A DNA stretch of 64,000 nt from Candidatus Micrarchaeia archaeon (lineage in GTDB: Archaea > Micrarchaeota > Micrarchaeia > Micrarchaeales > Micrarchaeaceae). The translations under genes were made by a program, and so were the position numbers. A model generated the notes under the pieces. It did not search any database, was not told the DNA's origin, and was given only the letters and a program-made list of their open reading frames with translations. Below are positions 42,568 through 52,278 of this stretch, one piece after another. Every line of letters begins with the position of its first letter. The first letter of the stretch is position 1. The DNA lies in the NCBI GenBank assembly GCA_049965095.1, contig JBMFWR010000003.1, forward strand, positions 5,786-69,785. The letters run 5' to 3'.

Positions 42568-42601
42568 TTTATCATTTTTTAAAATTTATCATTTTTTAAA
42601 A
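42568..42601. repeat. perfect 17-bp tandem duplication abutting the Lrp start codon
   Basis: TTTATCATTTTTTAAAA x2 (42568..42584, 42585..42601). On the Lrp sense strand this reads TTTTAAAAAATGATAAA x2 followed directly by ATG. Confidence 0.8.
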
Positions 42602-42635
42602 TTTAATTTTATTTTTATATTGATATATTATTAAA

Positions 42636-42653
42636 ATAGAAAGATATTTAATC
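42636..42653 (+). promoter_or_regulatory. BRE/TATA-like motif upstream of peroxiredoxin gene
   Basis: ATAGAAAGATATTTAATC, followed by the SD-like GGTGAT (42674..42679) and ATG 42683. Confidence 0.4.
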
Positions 42654-42682
42654 TTTTTTGATAAAACATATATGGTGATATT

Positions 42683-43261
42683 ATGGAAATTGGAGCAAAA
42701 GTGCCAGAATTCAATGCAAGAACTTACTTCCCAAAGGAAGACAAGATAGAGGTAACTAAAATACCAATACCAGGCAAGTGGAACATAATAACATTCCATC
42801 CTGGTGATTTTACCTTTGTTTGTGCGACAGACATTGAGGTATTTGGAGCAATGCAGAGCCAGTTTGAGCAGAATGGAGCGGTAGTGCTTGCGGTAAGCAC
42901 AGACAGCATTTTTGCACACAAAATATGGCACCAGACTTCGCCTAGGGTGAGCAAAACAAACATACCTCTGGTAGAGGATGCAAACAAAACAATAAGCTCT
43001 GCTTACGGCCTTCTTAACAGCACGGGTTCAGCAAGGAGAGGTACTGTAATAATAGATCCTGAAGGTAATTTGCAATACTTTTCCGTATTCAACGACGCGC
43101 TTGGCAAAGACGCAAGGCACATATTCAATGCGTTTATGGGCTTGAAGAGTATACATGATACACCGAAGAAGGAGGGCAAGCTAAATATTGCACCTGCAGG
43201 ATGGGAGGTAGGCAAGCCACTCATGGAAGTTGATACAACAAAAGACATAGGCAAACTCTAA
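42683..43261 (+). CDS. peroxiredoxin (AhpC/TSA family)
   Basis: HPGDFTFVCATD (P..T..C peroxidatic motif, variant of FTFVCPTE), ...RGTVIIDPEG... 192 aa. Confidence 0.85.
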   Translation: MEIGAKVPEFNARTYFPKEDKIEVTKIPIPGKWNIITFHPGDFTFVCATDIEVFGAMQSQFEQNGAVVLAVSTDSIFAHKIWHQTSPRVSKTNIPLVEDANKTISSAYGLLNSTGSARRGTVIIDPEGNLQYFSVFNDALGKDARHIFNAFMGLKSIHDTPKKEGKLNIAPAGWEVGKPLMEVDTTKDIGKL

Positions 43262-43408
43262 TCTTGCTGCTTTCTATTTCTTTTTTTATTTTGCATTAGT
43301 TCTTTGTTATACTCATTTATGCTTTTTCTTATAGGAGATTTAGGAAGTAATTAAAAGCCAAAAAGAAACCTTTTATAACTTCTTTCACTAGTTCTTAATG
43401 GTGTAAAA

Positions 43409-44386
43409 ATGGATATTGCAGACCTTATATCAAACAACTACAAGATTGCGTTTGATGCAATACTGCATCCAGGCACGTCTACGAAAAAGGCAATGAGCAT
43501 AGGCGATGCGATTAAATTCTATTACAGCATTGCAATAATACCGCTTGTTCTTGGCATAATAATAAGCATTGCAATTGGAACACACGTTTCGAAGCTTATG
43601 CCTTTCGGAGCTGTTGCAGGACTGGCCATGGCCGCGCTGCTTTTTGCGATGTATGCAGTAATTATGCCAATAGGGATTGTAATAGACAGTGGAGTATACC
43701 ATATAGTGATAAAGCGCCTCTTCAACATGTACAACAAAGATTATAGAGCGGTTTTCTCTGCTTTTACCTATGCGATGATTCCAGCAATATTATTTTACTG
43801 GCTCATTATGATACCCGTGCTTGGGTTTGTGGTCTTGCTCCTAATGGGCGTATGGAGCTTTATTATCGAGATTATTGCACTGGCAAACCTTCTTTCAATG
43901 AGCAGGCTTAAGGCATTGGGCACGATCATACTAGAAGGCATAGTAGTTGGCATAATTGTCTTTATTATAGCGCTTGTAGTAGGTGGCGTGATGGCTGCCC
44001 TGCTATTGCATGGAAGTGCAAGCTCAAACGTATTTCCAGCATTCCAGAATTCAAGCGCAATTGTGCCAAGCGGCTATGCAACATCTGCAAATTATTCATC
44101 ATGCAACAACTTTACTATAGTAGATAGTACATTTGGGAGCAATCAAAGTGGCGTATGCAACTGGAATGGTGGCACGCTCAATGTTAGCATTGCGGGAGGC
44201 AACTCAGGCTACGCAACAGTGAGCATTACTGGCAGCAACGGCAAGTTATATTACTATAAGGGAACTGATTCCAGGTGCATTACAAGCTCAGGCTCGTTCT
44301 ATGCACCAGCACAGCAGTATATAGTAAAGATTTATACAGGAAATGGTGGTGGAGCCTGCGGTCCAAGCATAATACACCTTTCTTAA
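43409..44386 (+). CDS. polytopic membrane protein (Yip1-like N-terminal half) with Cys-containing extracellular C-terminal domain
   Basis: Five hydrophobic segments followed by an N/S/G/Y-rich tail with 4 Cys. Confidence 0.55.
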   Translation: MDIADLISNNYKIAFDAILHPGTSTKKAMSIGDAIKFYYSIAIIPLVLGIIISIAIGTHVSKLMPFGAVAGLAMAALLFAMYAVIMPIGIVIDSGVYHIVIKRLFNMYNKDYRAVFSAFTYAMIPAILFYWLIMIPVLGFVVLLLMGVWSFIIEIIALANLLSMSRLKALGTIILEGIVVGIIVFIIALVVGGVMAALLLHGSASSNVFPAFQNSSAIVPSGYATSANYSSCNNFTIVDSTFGSNQSGVCNWNGGTLNVSIAGGNSGYATVSITGSNGKLYYYKGTDSRCITSSGSFYAPAQQYIVKIYTGNGGGACGPSIIHLS

Positions 44387-44393
44387 TGAGTCG

Positions 44394-44876
44394 ATGCAGA
44401 AGCAAATCAAGTTAGAGGCAGCTTTCTTAAGCTCCGAGTTTGGGCCGCACGAAAAGATACTCGACATAGGATCTAGAGACGGAAAGCTTGAGGTGGAGCT
44501 AAAGCGCTTCGACATTACAGGTGTAGAAAGCTCAAAAGACATGCTTATACAAGCGAGAAAGAGCTCAAAAAAGCTTTTTGTAAAAGGAGTTGCTGCCAAC
44601 CTGCCTTTTTTGCAGAATGAATTCAGCGGCGCAATAATGCATATTCCTTCAAGATATATTGAAAACTGCGAGAGAGCAGTGGCAGAAATTTATACTGTGC
44701 TTGAAAAAAGAGGGAAGCTTGTTGTATTTGTATCTGGTCATGCTAAGCTTCCTTTAAGCGAAAAAGACAGCAGCATCGCTTCTATGCTTCTGGAGTGCAT
44801 GGGAGGCAAATTCTCAAACACAAAAATAGTAGAGCTTGATAAATCCTTATTTGCAATGGTGTTTGTTAAGGCCTGA
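44394..44876 (+). CDS. putative class I SAM-dependent methyltransferase (small, divergent)
   Basis: ILDIGSRDGKL (motif I-like), ...ITGVESSKDML, ...FSGAIM. 160 aa. Confidence 0.45.
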   Translation: MQKQIKLEAAFLSSEFGPHEKILDIGSRDGKLEVELKRFDITGVESSKDMLIQARKSSKKLFVKGVAANLPFLQNEFSGAIMHIPSRYIENCERAVAEIYTVLEKRGKLVVFVSGHAKLPLSEKDSSIASMLLECMGGKFSNTKIVELDKSLFAMVFVKA

Positions 44877-45152
44877 TTATGCAAGCCTCTTTATGATATG
44901 GTAACCGAATTGCGTTTTCACTATACCAGATATTTCTCCAGGTTTTAGGGCAAATGCAGCATTCTCGAATTCCTTGACCATTATGCCGCGGCCAAAGTAG
45001 CCCAGATCGCCACCACGGCGCCTTGAGCCGTCAATCGAATACTCTGCCGCAAGCTTTTCGAAGCTTTCGCCTTTCCCCAATTTTTCAAGAACTTCCTTGG
45101 CTTTTGACTCTTTTTCAACCAGAATATGCGCGCATCTTATCTTATCTGCCAT
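44877..45152 (-). CDS. parvulin-type peptidyl-prolyl cis-trans isomerase
   Basis: 91 aa. CAHILV..., [25 protein letters not shown]. Confidence 0.85.
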   Translation of the reverse strand: MADKIRCAHILVEKESKAKEVLEKLGKGESFEKLAAEYSIDGSRRRGGDLGYFGRGIMVKEFENAAFALKPGEISGIVKTQFGYHIIKRLA

Positions 45153-45184
45153 TTTACCACATAAGCTTTATGTATGCAACTTTT

Positions 45185-45850
45185 TTATTCCTTGCCAACA
45201 AGCTCCGCCTCGTCTATTATGTAATTGCCTACCATGCCATGCCATTCAACATGCGCTTTTGCTATGCGTATTCTCTTCTTGAAAAGAGGGGCGTCTAGCA
45301 CAAAGGATTCGGCTTCACCCCCTTCAAAGAGCATGTTTATACCGTATTTTGCGCTTAAGCCAGAGAGCCTGTTTATCATCTGCTCGTCTATAAGGGCACC
45401 GAGATAGGTGTCATCAAAGCCTTCAGCCGCCACTTTTGTTATTATGGCCTTGTAATCCCTGCTAAGCTCCCTGAGCTCGTCAAGCGGATCAATATGCCAT
45501 AGCGGCGCTATGTGCCTTATGCCATGCCTATTGCATATGTCTTCTATTCTTTTGCGCTGGTATTCGCTTGCCGTAGCACCAGTAACAAGCTCGCTAACTC
45601 CATATTCCACAACTGCCCTTTCCAAATCTGCAAGCTCTTCTTCCTTCCTGCCCTCAGTAACGACCATTTTCTGCTCTATTCCCATTGCTAGGGCCTGCAG
45701 CTGCGTATACATTATGTTGGCTTTGTGGAACATGTAGCTGTCATCATTGCTCGGGATCATAGTTACAAGAAGCTCCACAGGGCTTTCTGCATGCACCTTG
45801 TGCAAGGCAAGCGTTGAATCCTTACCACCACTGAAAAGAGCAGCTCTCAT
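45185..45850 (-). CDS. diphthine-ammonia ligase (MJ0570/Dph6 family ATP pyrophosphatase)
   Basis: MRAALFSGGKDS PP-loop, ...VTGATASEYQRKRIE..., ...PLW... Start ATG 45850 overlaps the nth stop (ATGA). Confidence 0.75.
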   Translation of the reverse strand: MRAALFSGGKDSTLALHKVHAESPVELLVTMIPSNDDSYMFHKANIMYTQLQALAMGIEQKMVVTEGRKEEELADLERAVVEYGVSELVTGATASEYQRKRIEDICNRHGIRHIAPLWHIDPLDELRELSRDYKAIITKVAAEGFDDTYLGALIDEQMINRLSGLSAKYGINMLFEGGEAESFVLDAPLFKKRIRIAKAHVEWHGMVGNYIIDEAELVGKE

Positions 45851-46506
45851 TTGCGCACCTCTTTCAAAGCAACGGTGCTTGAAGGGCATATGTCTTTAAG
45901 GACGCACTTGCTGCAATGCCTATTTTTTGCTGTGCAGGTATCTCTTCCAAGTGCTATGAAAAGATTTGTAATAGAACCCCATTCGTTATTAGGCACTATA
46001 TCCATCAAAACCCTCTCTATCTTTTCAGGATTTTTAGAATCTGTCAGCCCGAGCCTGTTAGAGACTGTTATACAATGCGTATCTATAGCTATACCCTCAT
46101 TTATTCCATAAGCTTCAGAGAGCACAACATTGGCAGTCTTGCGCCCAACTCCAGGTAGCAAGACAAGCTTGCTTATGCTCTTTGGCACTTTTGAATTGAA
46201 ATTCTTTACAAGAATTTTTGCGGTTTTTATTATATTTGAGCTCTTGCCCTTATATAGACCAATGGATTTTGTAAATGCATAAAGCTGGGATGGCTTAAGC
46301 TTTGCAAAATCCTCAGGGGTTTTGTACAGCTTGAAGAGCCTTGAGGTTGCCTTATTTACCGAAGCATCTGTAGCCTGGGCAGAAAGAATCGTAGAAACAA
46401 GAAGCTGCCAAGGAGTCAAGAATTTTAGTCTAGTTTTGGGCCTATTGCCATACTTGCGTTTAAGCCTACTGAGCACAACCAAGATAAACTTCTGCTTTTC
46501 CTGCAT
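45847..46506 (-). CDS. nth: endonuclease III (HhH-GPD, Fe-S)
   Basis: LPGVGRKTANVVL hairpin-helix-hairpin with catalytic Lys, IAIDTH, and the cluster C-x6-C-x2-C-x5-C (CTAKNRHCSKCVLKDIC). Confidence 0.85.
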   Translation of the reverse strand: MQEKQKFILVVLSRLKRKYGNRPKTRLKFLTPWQLLVSTILSAQATDASVNKATSRLFKLYKTPEDFAKLKPSQLYAFTKSIGLYKGKSSNIIKTAKILVKNFNSKVPKSISKLVLLPGVGRKTANVVLSEAYGINEGIAIDTHCITVSNRLGLTDSKNPEKIERVLMDIVPNNEWGSITNLFIALGRDTCTAKNRHCSKCVLKDICPSSTVALKEVRK

Positions 46507-46564
46507 TGCAAAACCTCAAATTATTCTCAAAAAGCGTATAAATGTTTTTAGGTAAAGTTTATGT

Positions 46565-47218
46565 ATGCCTGTGCAAAGATTTACAAAACTCAAAGACAAT
46601 GAGGCTTTGGAAGTCATAGAAAGGCTCGAAAAAATTTATGGAGATGCTAGTTATTTCCTAAAATTTGACACCAAAGTAAACCTGCTGGTAGGGGCAATAA
46701 TAGAAGCAAGAACAAAAGATGAGGTGGTGAAAGAGATTACATCGGAGCTGTTCAAGCGCTTCCATAGCGCAGCTGATTATTCAAGGATGAGCGAGCAGGA
46801 GCTGCTTGGGTATATAAAGAAATCGACATTCGCCAGCAATAAGGCAAAAAACATAATAAACGCCTGCAAAATTATCGAACGCGATTATGGAGGTAATGTC
46901 CCACAAAACATGGAAGAACTAGTAAAGCTTCCAGGAGTGGGAAGAAAAACTGCCAATACGATACTCATAAACGGCTTCAACATAGTTGAAGGCATGCCTA
47001 TAGACACATGGGCGATAAGGGTTTCTTACAGGCTTGGCTTGACAAGCAATGAGGATCCTGACGATGTGGAAGAGGATCTCAAGCGCATAGTGCCAAAAAA
47101 GTATTGGCGCAATTTTGCCTATGTGCTCAAGGCGCACGGCAAAGCAGTATGCAATGTCACGCCAAAATGCGAGGTTTGCCCGATTAATGACATCTGCCCC
47201 AAAAACCAGCATGGATGA
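46565..47218 (+). CDS. endonuclease III-like paralogue (HhH-GPD, Fe-S)
   Basis: LPGVGRKTANTIL, MPIDTW, CNVTPKCEVCPINDIC. Divergently transcribed from nth. Confidence 0.8.
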   Translation: MPVQRFTKLKDNEALEVIERLEKIYGDASYFLKFDTKVNLLVGAIIEARTKDEVVKEITSELFKRFHSAADYSRMSEQELLGYIKKSTFASNKAKNIINACKIIERDYGGNVPQNMEELVKLPGVGRKTANTILINGFNIVEGMPIDTWAIRVSYRLGLTSNEDPDDVEEDLKRIVPKKYWRNFAYVLKAHGKAVCNVTPKCEVCPINDICPKNQHG

Positions 47219-47222
47219 TTAG

Positions 47223-48488
47223 ATGCTTGCAATAGCTGACTTGCACATACATTCAAGATTCTCCAGGGCGTGCAGCAGCGACATTACAGTAAAAGGTCTT
47301 GAGAATGCGGCAGTCCAGAAAGGCATTAGGATTCTCGCTTCAGGGGATCCTGTCAATGCAAACTGGCTTTCCGAGCTCAAACTTAATCTGGAAGAGGATG
47401 GAACAGGCCTATTCAAGGTAAAGGGCAGCAATACTAGAGTAAGATTCATGCTTGGAGGAGAGCTTTCAACCATTTATGAGTATGGCGGAAAGTCCCGCAG
47501 AATACACCACTGTGTTTTTGTAAGGAGCTTCGAGGCAATTGACCAGCTCAGAGAATTGCTCATGCCAAAAGGTAGCCTGGATTCAGATGGCAGGCCGACT
47601 CTTATGATGAGCTCTGCAGAGCTTGTTGAAAGCGCGCTTGAAGCGGACAGCAAAGCTTTTATATTTCCAGCACATGCGTGGACACCATACTTCGGTGTTC
47701 TGGGCTCCATAACGGGCTTCGATTCCATTGAAGAGGCTTACGAGGACCAGGCAAAACACATACATGCGCTTGAAACTGGTTTGAGCAGCGATCCGGAAAT
47801 GAACTGGAGACTCTCCAAGCTTGACAAGTACGCGCTTGTTTCCAACAGCGACATGCATTCAATGCAAAAGATGGGAAGAGAAGCAAACGCATTTGAGCTT
47901 GACAAGCTTACATATAACAATATTGTTGATTCGATATCAAAAAAAGACTCAAGGCACTTTAAGTTTACCATAGAATATTATCCTGAAGAGGGCAAATACC
48001 ATTATGACGGCCACAGGCAGTGCAACTTCTCCGCAAATCCGGAAACATACAAGAGCAGCATCTGCCCCGTGTGCGGAAAAAAGCTTGTAATTGGGGTATT
48101 GCACAGAGTGGAGGAGCTTGCCGACAGGCCCAAAGGATTTGTCCCAAAAAACGCCATACCTTACAAAAAAACAGTACCGCTGATTGAGGTGCTTGCTTAC
48201 GTTATGCACAAGAGCAGTTACAGCAGCGCGGTAAAAGAAGCATATGGCAAAATGATAGCTGAGCTTGGATCTGAATTTCATATACTGCTTGAAGAGGGAA
48301 TTGAAAACATTGCCGCAAGCATGGGCAGCGAAGTTGCCGCGGCAATAGACAACATCAGAAAAGGAAACGTTCACATTGAACCTGGATACGACGGCGTATT
48401 TGGAGTAATAGACCTATTGAACAGGGAAAAGCAAAAGCAAGAAGTCAAAAGACAGAAGACACTGTTCAGCAATCATGATCGCTTGTGA
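47223..48488 (+). CDS. endonuclease Q (PHP-domain deaminated-base endonuclease family)
   Basis: Collinear with remembered Pyrococcus EndoQ motifs: DLHIHS, SGD, HH, PAHAWTP, ETGLSSD, SNSDMHS, GREAN, GKYH, Zn-finger CPVCGKK, C-terminal GYDGVFG. Confidence 0.8.
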   Translation: MLAIADLHIHSRFSRACSSDITVKGLENAAVQKGIRILASGDPVNANWLSELKLNLEEDGTGLFKVKGSNTRVRFMLGGELSTIYEYGGKSRRIHHCVFVRSFEAIDQLRELLMPKGSLDSDGRPTLMMSSAELVESALEADSKAFIFPAHAWTPYFGVLGSITGFDSIEEAYEDQAKHIHALETGLSSDPEMNWRLSKLDKYALVSNSDMHSMQKMGREANAFELDKLTYNNIVDSISKKDSRHFKFTIEYYPEEGKYHYDGHRQCNFSANPETYKSSICPVCGKKLVIGVLHRVEELADRPKGFVPKNAIPYKKTVPLIEVLAYVMHKSSYSSAVKEAYGKMIAELGSEFHILLEEGIENIAASMGSEVAAAIDNIRKGNVHIEPGYDGVFGVIDLLNREKQKQEVKRQKTLFSNHDRL

Positions 48489-48823
48489 TGCCTCATTTTG
48501 AACATGGCAATGTTGAAGCTGCGCAATATCTTGTCGTAGTATTTCATCGTGACAAGCATTGCAACAAGGATGCCAGCTATTACGACCTCTATGAATATCA
48601 AGTAGTCGCTTATCATAAGAAGTGAAGAAAAAGATCTTATAGTTGTGCGCACTGCAAAGAAAGTAGCAACTGCAGCCATAACATCGAACGCAACAGACAG
48701 GTATGCAAGTTTCTCTAGCATCCTCTCGGTAAGCCGTATCTTTTCAAAATCGCTGTAGTACACCCTTCCACCTCTGGTCGCGATAAACATTTTTTTAAAA
48801 GGATTTTTAAAGTTTTTGCACAA
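48473..48823 (-). CDS. hypothetical small membrane protein
   Basis: 116 aa with two hydrophobic segments. The 3' end overlaps the endoQ 3' end by 16 nt. Confidence 0.4.
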   Translation of the reverse strand: MCKNFKNPFKKMFIATRGGRVYYSDFEKIRLTERMLEKLAYLSVAFDVMAAVATFFAVRTTIRSFSSLLMISDYLIFIEVVIAGILVAMLVTMKYYDKILRSFNIAMFKMRHHKRS

Positions 48824-48866
48824 CTCCTATTATTGGAAGTTTCATGGGCGCACTTAATCGCAATTT

Positions 48867-50099
48867 TCAAACATCGATTAATTCGCGCAAGAGTACAGTC
48901 GCATAAGAACCAGAAGGAAGCGAAAAGCGGATCTCCGCGGTGGAGCTTTTTTCATCATAATTCATGGTAAATGCTGCATAAGGAGCAAACAACACCCTTG
49001 TAGTGCCCTTGCAATTTAGCTCAGGCATTCCCTTAACCTTGAAATCCTCGGTGCTTATCCCGAGTTTCTCCAGTATACTTTTTTCGAACTGATTTGGCGT
49101 GGTGTTATAGCCGACCAAATTACCCACAGGATATGATTTAAATTTACCGTTGTAAACATGCGCAGCATTCTGGTCAAAAAACAATTCTGAAGCATCAAAC
49201 ACAATGTCACCTTCACCCGGAGCTACAAGGCCAGCCTTGACCCTTTCCTCCACTTCCATATTGAATATCTCGCTTTCAACCGAATGCACGAACATTAGTA
49301 GGAGCGAGCGAGGAAGCTTGCGCATCGCATTTGCATAATTTTCAGGAAATCTTGCAAGATAATCTATTACTGTGCGCTCATATTTCAGATACTTTGGAAA
49401 ATATTCCAAAGCTTTCCTGAAATCATGCTCGCGCTCTAACCTTTCGCGCGCTTCAACCGCTTCTATACTTATCTCGTTTGAGTGGTCAGTAAGGAAAAGC
49501 ATTGCCGCGCGCTCGAAATCGCCTTTCAATATGCTTATACCGATATCAATGTTGTTTCCGCGATTGCCAAAACGCTGTTCCCCAAAATAGTTAGGAAAAA
49601 CTCCGTGCACCTCGAGCTCGCCTCGAGACGCTTTCATATTTTCAAAATCTGCAGCACTTACGTCCCTCACTTTTATGGCAAACCTATTGCCAGCCAAATC
49701 CCCGAGCTTGATAGGGCTTGCGGCACGCCATGCACCGTTTATGCTTATATCCTTGATGTGAAGGCTCAAAAGCTGCTCAGGTGCAACACCATGAATGCTA
49801 CACAGCTGCGCTGTTACTGCAATGCGATCTTTTGTTCCGGCAAAATTTACAGATTTTATTCCCTTCCTAAATATCCTGGCAACCTGTTTGAGTGCTTGAA
49901 TTGTATTCCAATTCCGCTTCTGGAGCACAAAAAAAGAGAACGCTCCTTCGGCGCTTTCCTTGAAGCCGAGCTCTTCACCCGTATAATGCTTTCCAATCCC
50001 TATTGGGAAACCTTGCTTCGTTATCTCCTCAACTACGAAATCCTCTGGCACTGATTTTATTGTGCCGTTTGCCTTTGGGGATTTTGTCAGGGTCAGCAT
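48867..50099 (-). CDS. truD: tRNA pseudouridine synthase D (Pus7/TruD family)
   Basis: PEDFVVEEI N terminus, catalytic FAGTKDRIAVTAQ, NYFGEQRFG. Confidence 0.85.
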   Translation of the reverse strand: MLTLTKSPKANGTIKSVPEDFVVEEITKQGFPIGIGKHYTGEELGFKESAEGAFSFFVLQKRNWNTIQALKQVARIFRKGIKSVNFAGTKDRIAVTAQLCSIHGVAPEQLLSLHIKDISINGAWRAASPIKLGDLAGNRFAIKVRDVSAADFENMKASRGELEVHGVFPNYFGEQRFGNRGNNIDIGISILKGDFERAAMLFLTDHSNEISIEAVEARERLEREHDFRKALEYFPKYLKYERTVIDYLARFPENYANAMRKLPRSLLLMFVHSVESEIFNMEVEERVKAGLVAPGEGDIVFDASELFFDQNAAHVYNGKFKSYPVGNLVGYNTTPNQFEKSILEKLGISTEDFKVKGMPELNCKGTTRVLFAPYAAFTMNYDEKSSTAEIRFSLPSGSYATVLLRELIDV

Positions 50100-50113
50100 C
50101 GTTAACGCATCTT

Positions 50114-51424
50114 TTATACTTCGTATTCATCTCCTATGGCAGGCACGTGCGCATTAAACCTTTCTTTTATGTCGTTCATGAATTCTTCAGACTTGCGCTT
50201 CTCCCCGTGCATTATGAATACGTTTTTGAGTCCTTTTATCTTGGAGAGCAGCTGCTCTAGCTGGCGCCTGTCTGCGTGCGCTGATAGATGAAAATTTTCT
50301 ACCTTGAGCTTTACCTCTATTTCCTTGTTGTTGATTCTTATCTTATTAGATCCTTCAAGCAGCGCTCTACCCAGCGTGCCCTCGGCCTGATAGCCGACAA
50401 GTATGAGCTTGTTAGCAGAATTGCCTGCCATCTTTGACAGGTAATACATTACAGGGCCGCCAGTAAGCATGCCGCTTGTCGTAACTATTATATTGCTCTG
50501 ATCCTCGCTTACGATCTTGCTACGCATGCTTTTCTTTTCCACTGGCACGAAATTGCTGCTCTTGAAGGGATCATAATCGCTCATCAGGATCTTCTTTTGA
50601 AGTTCGTCCCTGCAGTATATTACGTTGTGCCTGTATATGCGCATTGACTTGTTTATCATGCCGTCAACGTATATTGGCACTTTTCTCATTATGCCCGAAT
50701 TTATGTAATCATCCAGGAATAGGAGCACCTCTTGCGCCCTCCCGACTGCGAATGAGGGTATTATGATTTTGCCTCCAGCGTCTATCGTGTCGTTTATGCT
50801 CTTCAGCATGCTCTTTGCTATTGCAGATTCCTTCTCAAAGACGTCGTTCTTGCTAGCATATGTGCTTTCCGTTACAAGCGTATCGCTGCTGATACCATCA
50901 ACAGTTGCACCGTCGAGAAGCCTAGTCTTGGCGAGATGAATGTCTCCAGTATACAATATGCTCTTTTTGCCATCGCTTACCTTTATCATGGCGCTGCCAA
51001 CTATGTGCCCAGCAGGAATGAACGTAATCTCAAGGTCATTCAATTTGAATGGCTTGTTGTATTCTATTATCTTGTAGCTTTTGCGGAGCTTCTCGAGCCC
51101 TTCCTTTGTGACATTCTGAGGATTTGATATGTGCATGTAGTCGCTCAGGAGCACATTGGTAAGCTCTATAGTCGGCTTGGTTGCATATACGGTCTTGCTG
51201 TAACCTGCAGTATATATGTGCGGCAGGTATCCGCAATGGTCCAGATGTGCATGTGTTATGAATATGCCATCTATTTCGCTGAATTTGCTGTCTTCTATCA
51301 TTGGGTACTCTTCTTTTTCCCCAAGCTTTACTCCTGCATCGAGGAGTATCTTTGTTTTTTCTGTACTTATCATTATGCAGCTGCGGCCTACTTCGCCCGC
51401 ACCTCCATAGAAAGAGATTTTCAC
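50114..51424 (-). CDS. beta-CASP MBL-fold ribonuclease (aCPSF2-like, no KH domains)
   Basis: GGAGEVGRSC, THAHLDHCG, beta-CASP region, ...SAHADRRQL...MHGE. GTG start. Confidence 0.85.
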   Translation of the reverse strand: MKISFYGGAGEVGRSCIMISTEKTKILLDAGVKLGEKEEYPMIEDSKFSEIDGIFITHAHLDHCGYLPHIYTAGYSKTVYATKPTIELTNVLLSDYMHISNPQNVTKEGLEKLRKSYKIIEYNKPFKLNDLEITFIPAGHIVGSAMIKVSDGKKSILYTGDIHLAKTRLLDGATVDGISSDTLVTESTYASKNDVFEKESAIAKSMLKSINDTIDAGGKIIIPSFAVGRAQEVLLFLDDYINSGIMRKVPIYVDGMINKSMRIYRHNVIYCRDELQKKILMSDYDPFKSSNFVPVEKKSMRSKIVSEDQSNIIVTTSGMLTGGPVMYYLSKMAGNSANKLILVGYQAEGTLGRALLEGSNKIRINNKEIEVKLKVENFHLSAHADRRQLEQLLSKIKGLKNVFIMHGEKRKSEEFMNDIKERFNAHVPAIGDEYEV

Positions 51425-51542
51425 TTTTACACCTTTCCTATATTTTAATTACTTCTTTTTATTATTTTCTTTTACTGTTTCCTAATTTACATTGACTTTA
51501 TAGTCAAAAGCATTATGGGCGTGCAAAAACAGCAATTGCACG

Positions 51543-52220
51543 CTACTTGCTCTGCTTCCTCTTTATTACTGCTATGTCTTCTATGTTTATATCCTGCTGG
51601 GGCTTCTCCCTGTGGACAGGTTTCTCAGGCTTGCGCCTTGTCTGCCACCTGCCAAGCCTCAGGATCTTCCTTAGCTCCATGTACAACGAGTCTATCTTGC
51701 CGTCCTTCTCGCCTATTTCTGCATTGTACTTGGACAAGCTTTCAGAATAAGCCTCTATGTCCTTCTTCATCAGGTCTATCTTTCTTTCAAGCCTGACAAA
51801 AGAAAAAGCTTCATCAAGTTCAGCATCAATCTGGTTTATTTTCCTGACAAGTTCCTTTTCATCAGCAAGCGATGACGCCTCAGTGGATATCTTGAATTCA
51901 AGGGTTCGCTTCATATGCTTGAGATAGCCAATGCGCTTGCTATCAAATTTAGAAGTGCTTTTTTTCATTTCAAGCAGCTTCGAGAGCGCTGCCAGCTCGG
52001 CCTCTTTGTAGCTTATGCGCCTTCTTAAATCTTTTATCTTTGATATTATCGCGCTTCTCTCCTTCTTTAGCGAGTCTATTTCGGTTTTTATCTTTTCGGC
52101 TTCAGGATTATGCGCCTCCTTTATTATGTCGTTAAGGGAGCGCCTCTGCTCCTCACCATTTGCACTTGCTACTGCATTCGGCTTCTGTGCACTGCTAAGG
52201 GCACCATTGCCCTCTGCCAA
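51543..52220 (-). CDS. hypothetical archaeal coiled-coil protein
   Basis: 225 aa, continuous heptad K/E-rich sequence with a basic C terminus. Confidence 0.5.
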   Translation of the reverse strand: MAEGNGALSSAQKPNAVASANGEEQRRSLNDIIKEAHNPEAEKIKTEIDSLKKERSAIISKIKDLRRRISYKEAELAALSKLLEMKKSTSKFDSKRIGYLKHMKRTLEFKISTEASSLADEKELVRKINQIDAELDEAFSFVRLERKIDLMKKDIEAYSESLSKYNAEIGEKDGKIDSLYMELRKILRLGRWQTRRKPEKPVHREKPQQDINIEDIAVIKRKQSK

Positions 52221-52278
52221 TTTGCTTTCCTGTTGTGCTTGGATGTTGCTGTCCAGTCAATCGCCTATATAAACTAAG

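Noticed and set aside
42568-42601. Tandem and direct repeats (here and at 41921..41973) as a CRISPR array
   Set aside because: There are only 2-3 copies of 13-17 nt, they are extremely AT-rich, they lack spacers of regular 30-40 nt length, and there are no cas genes.
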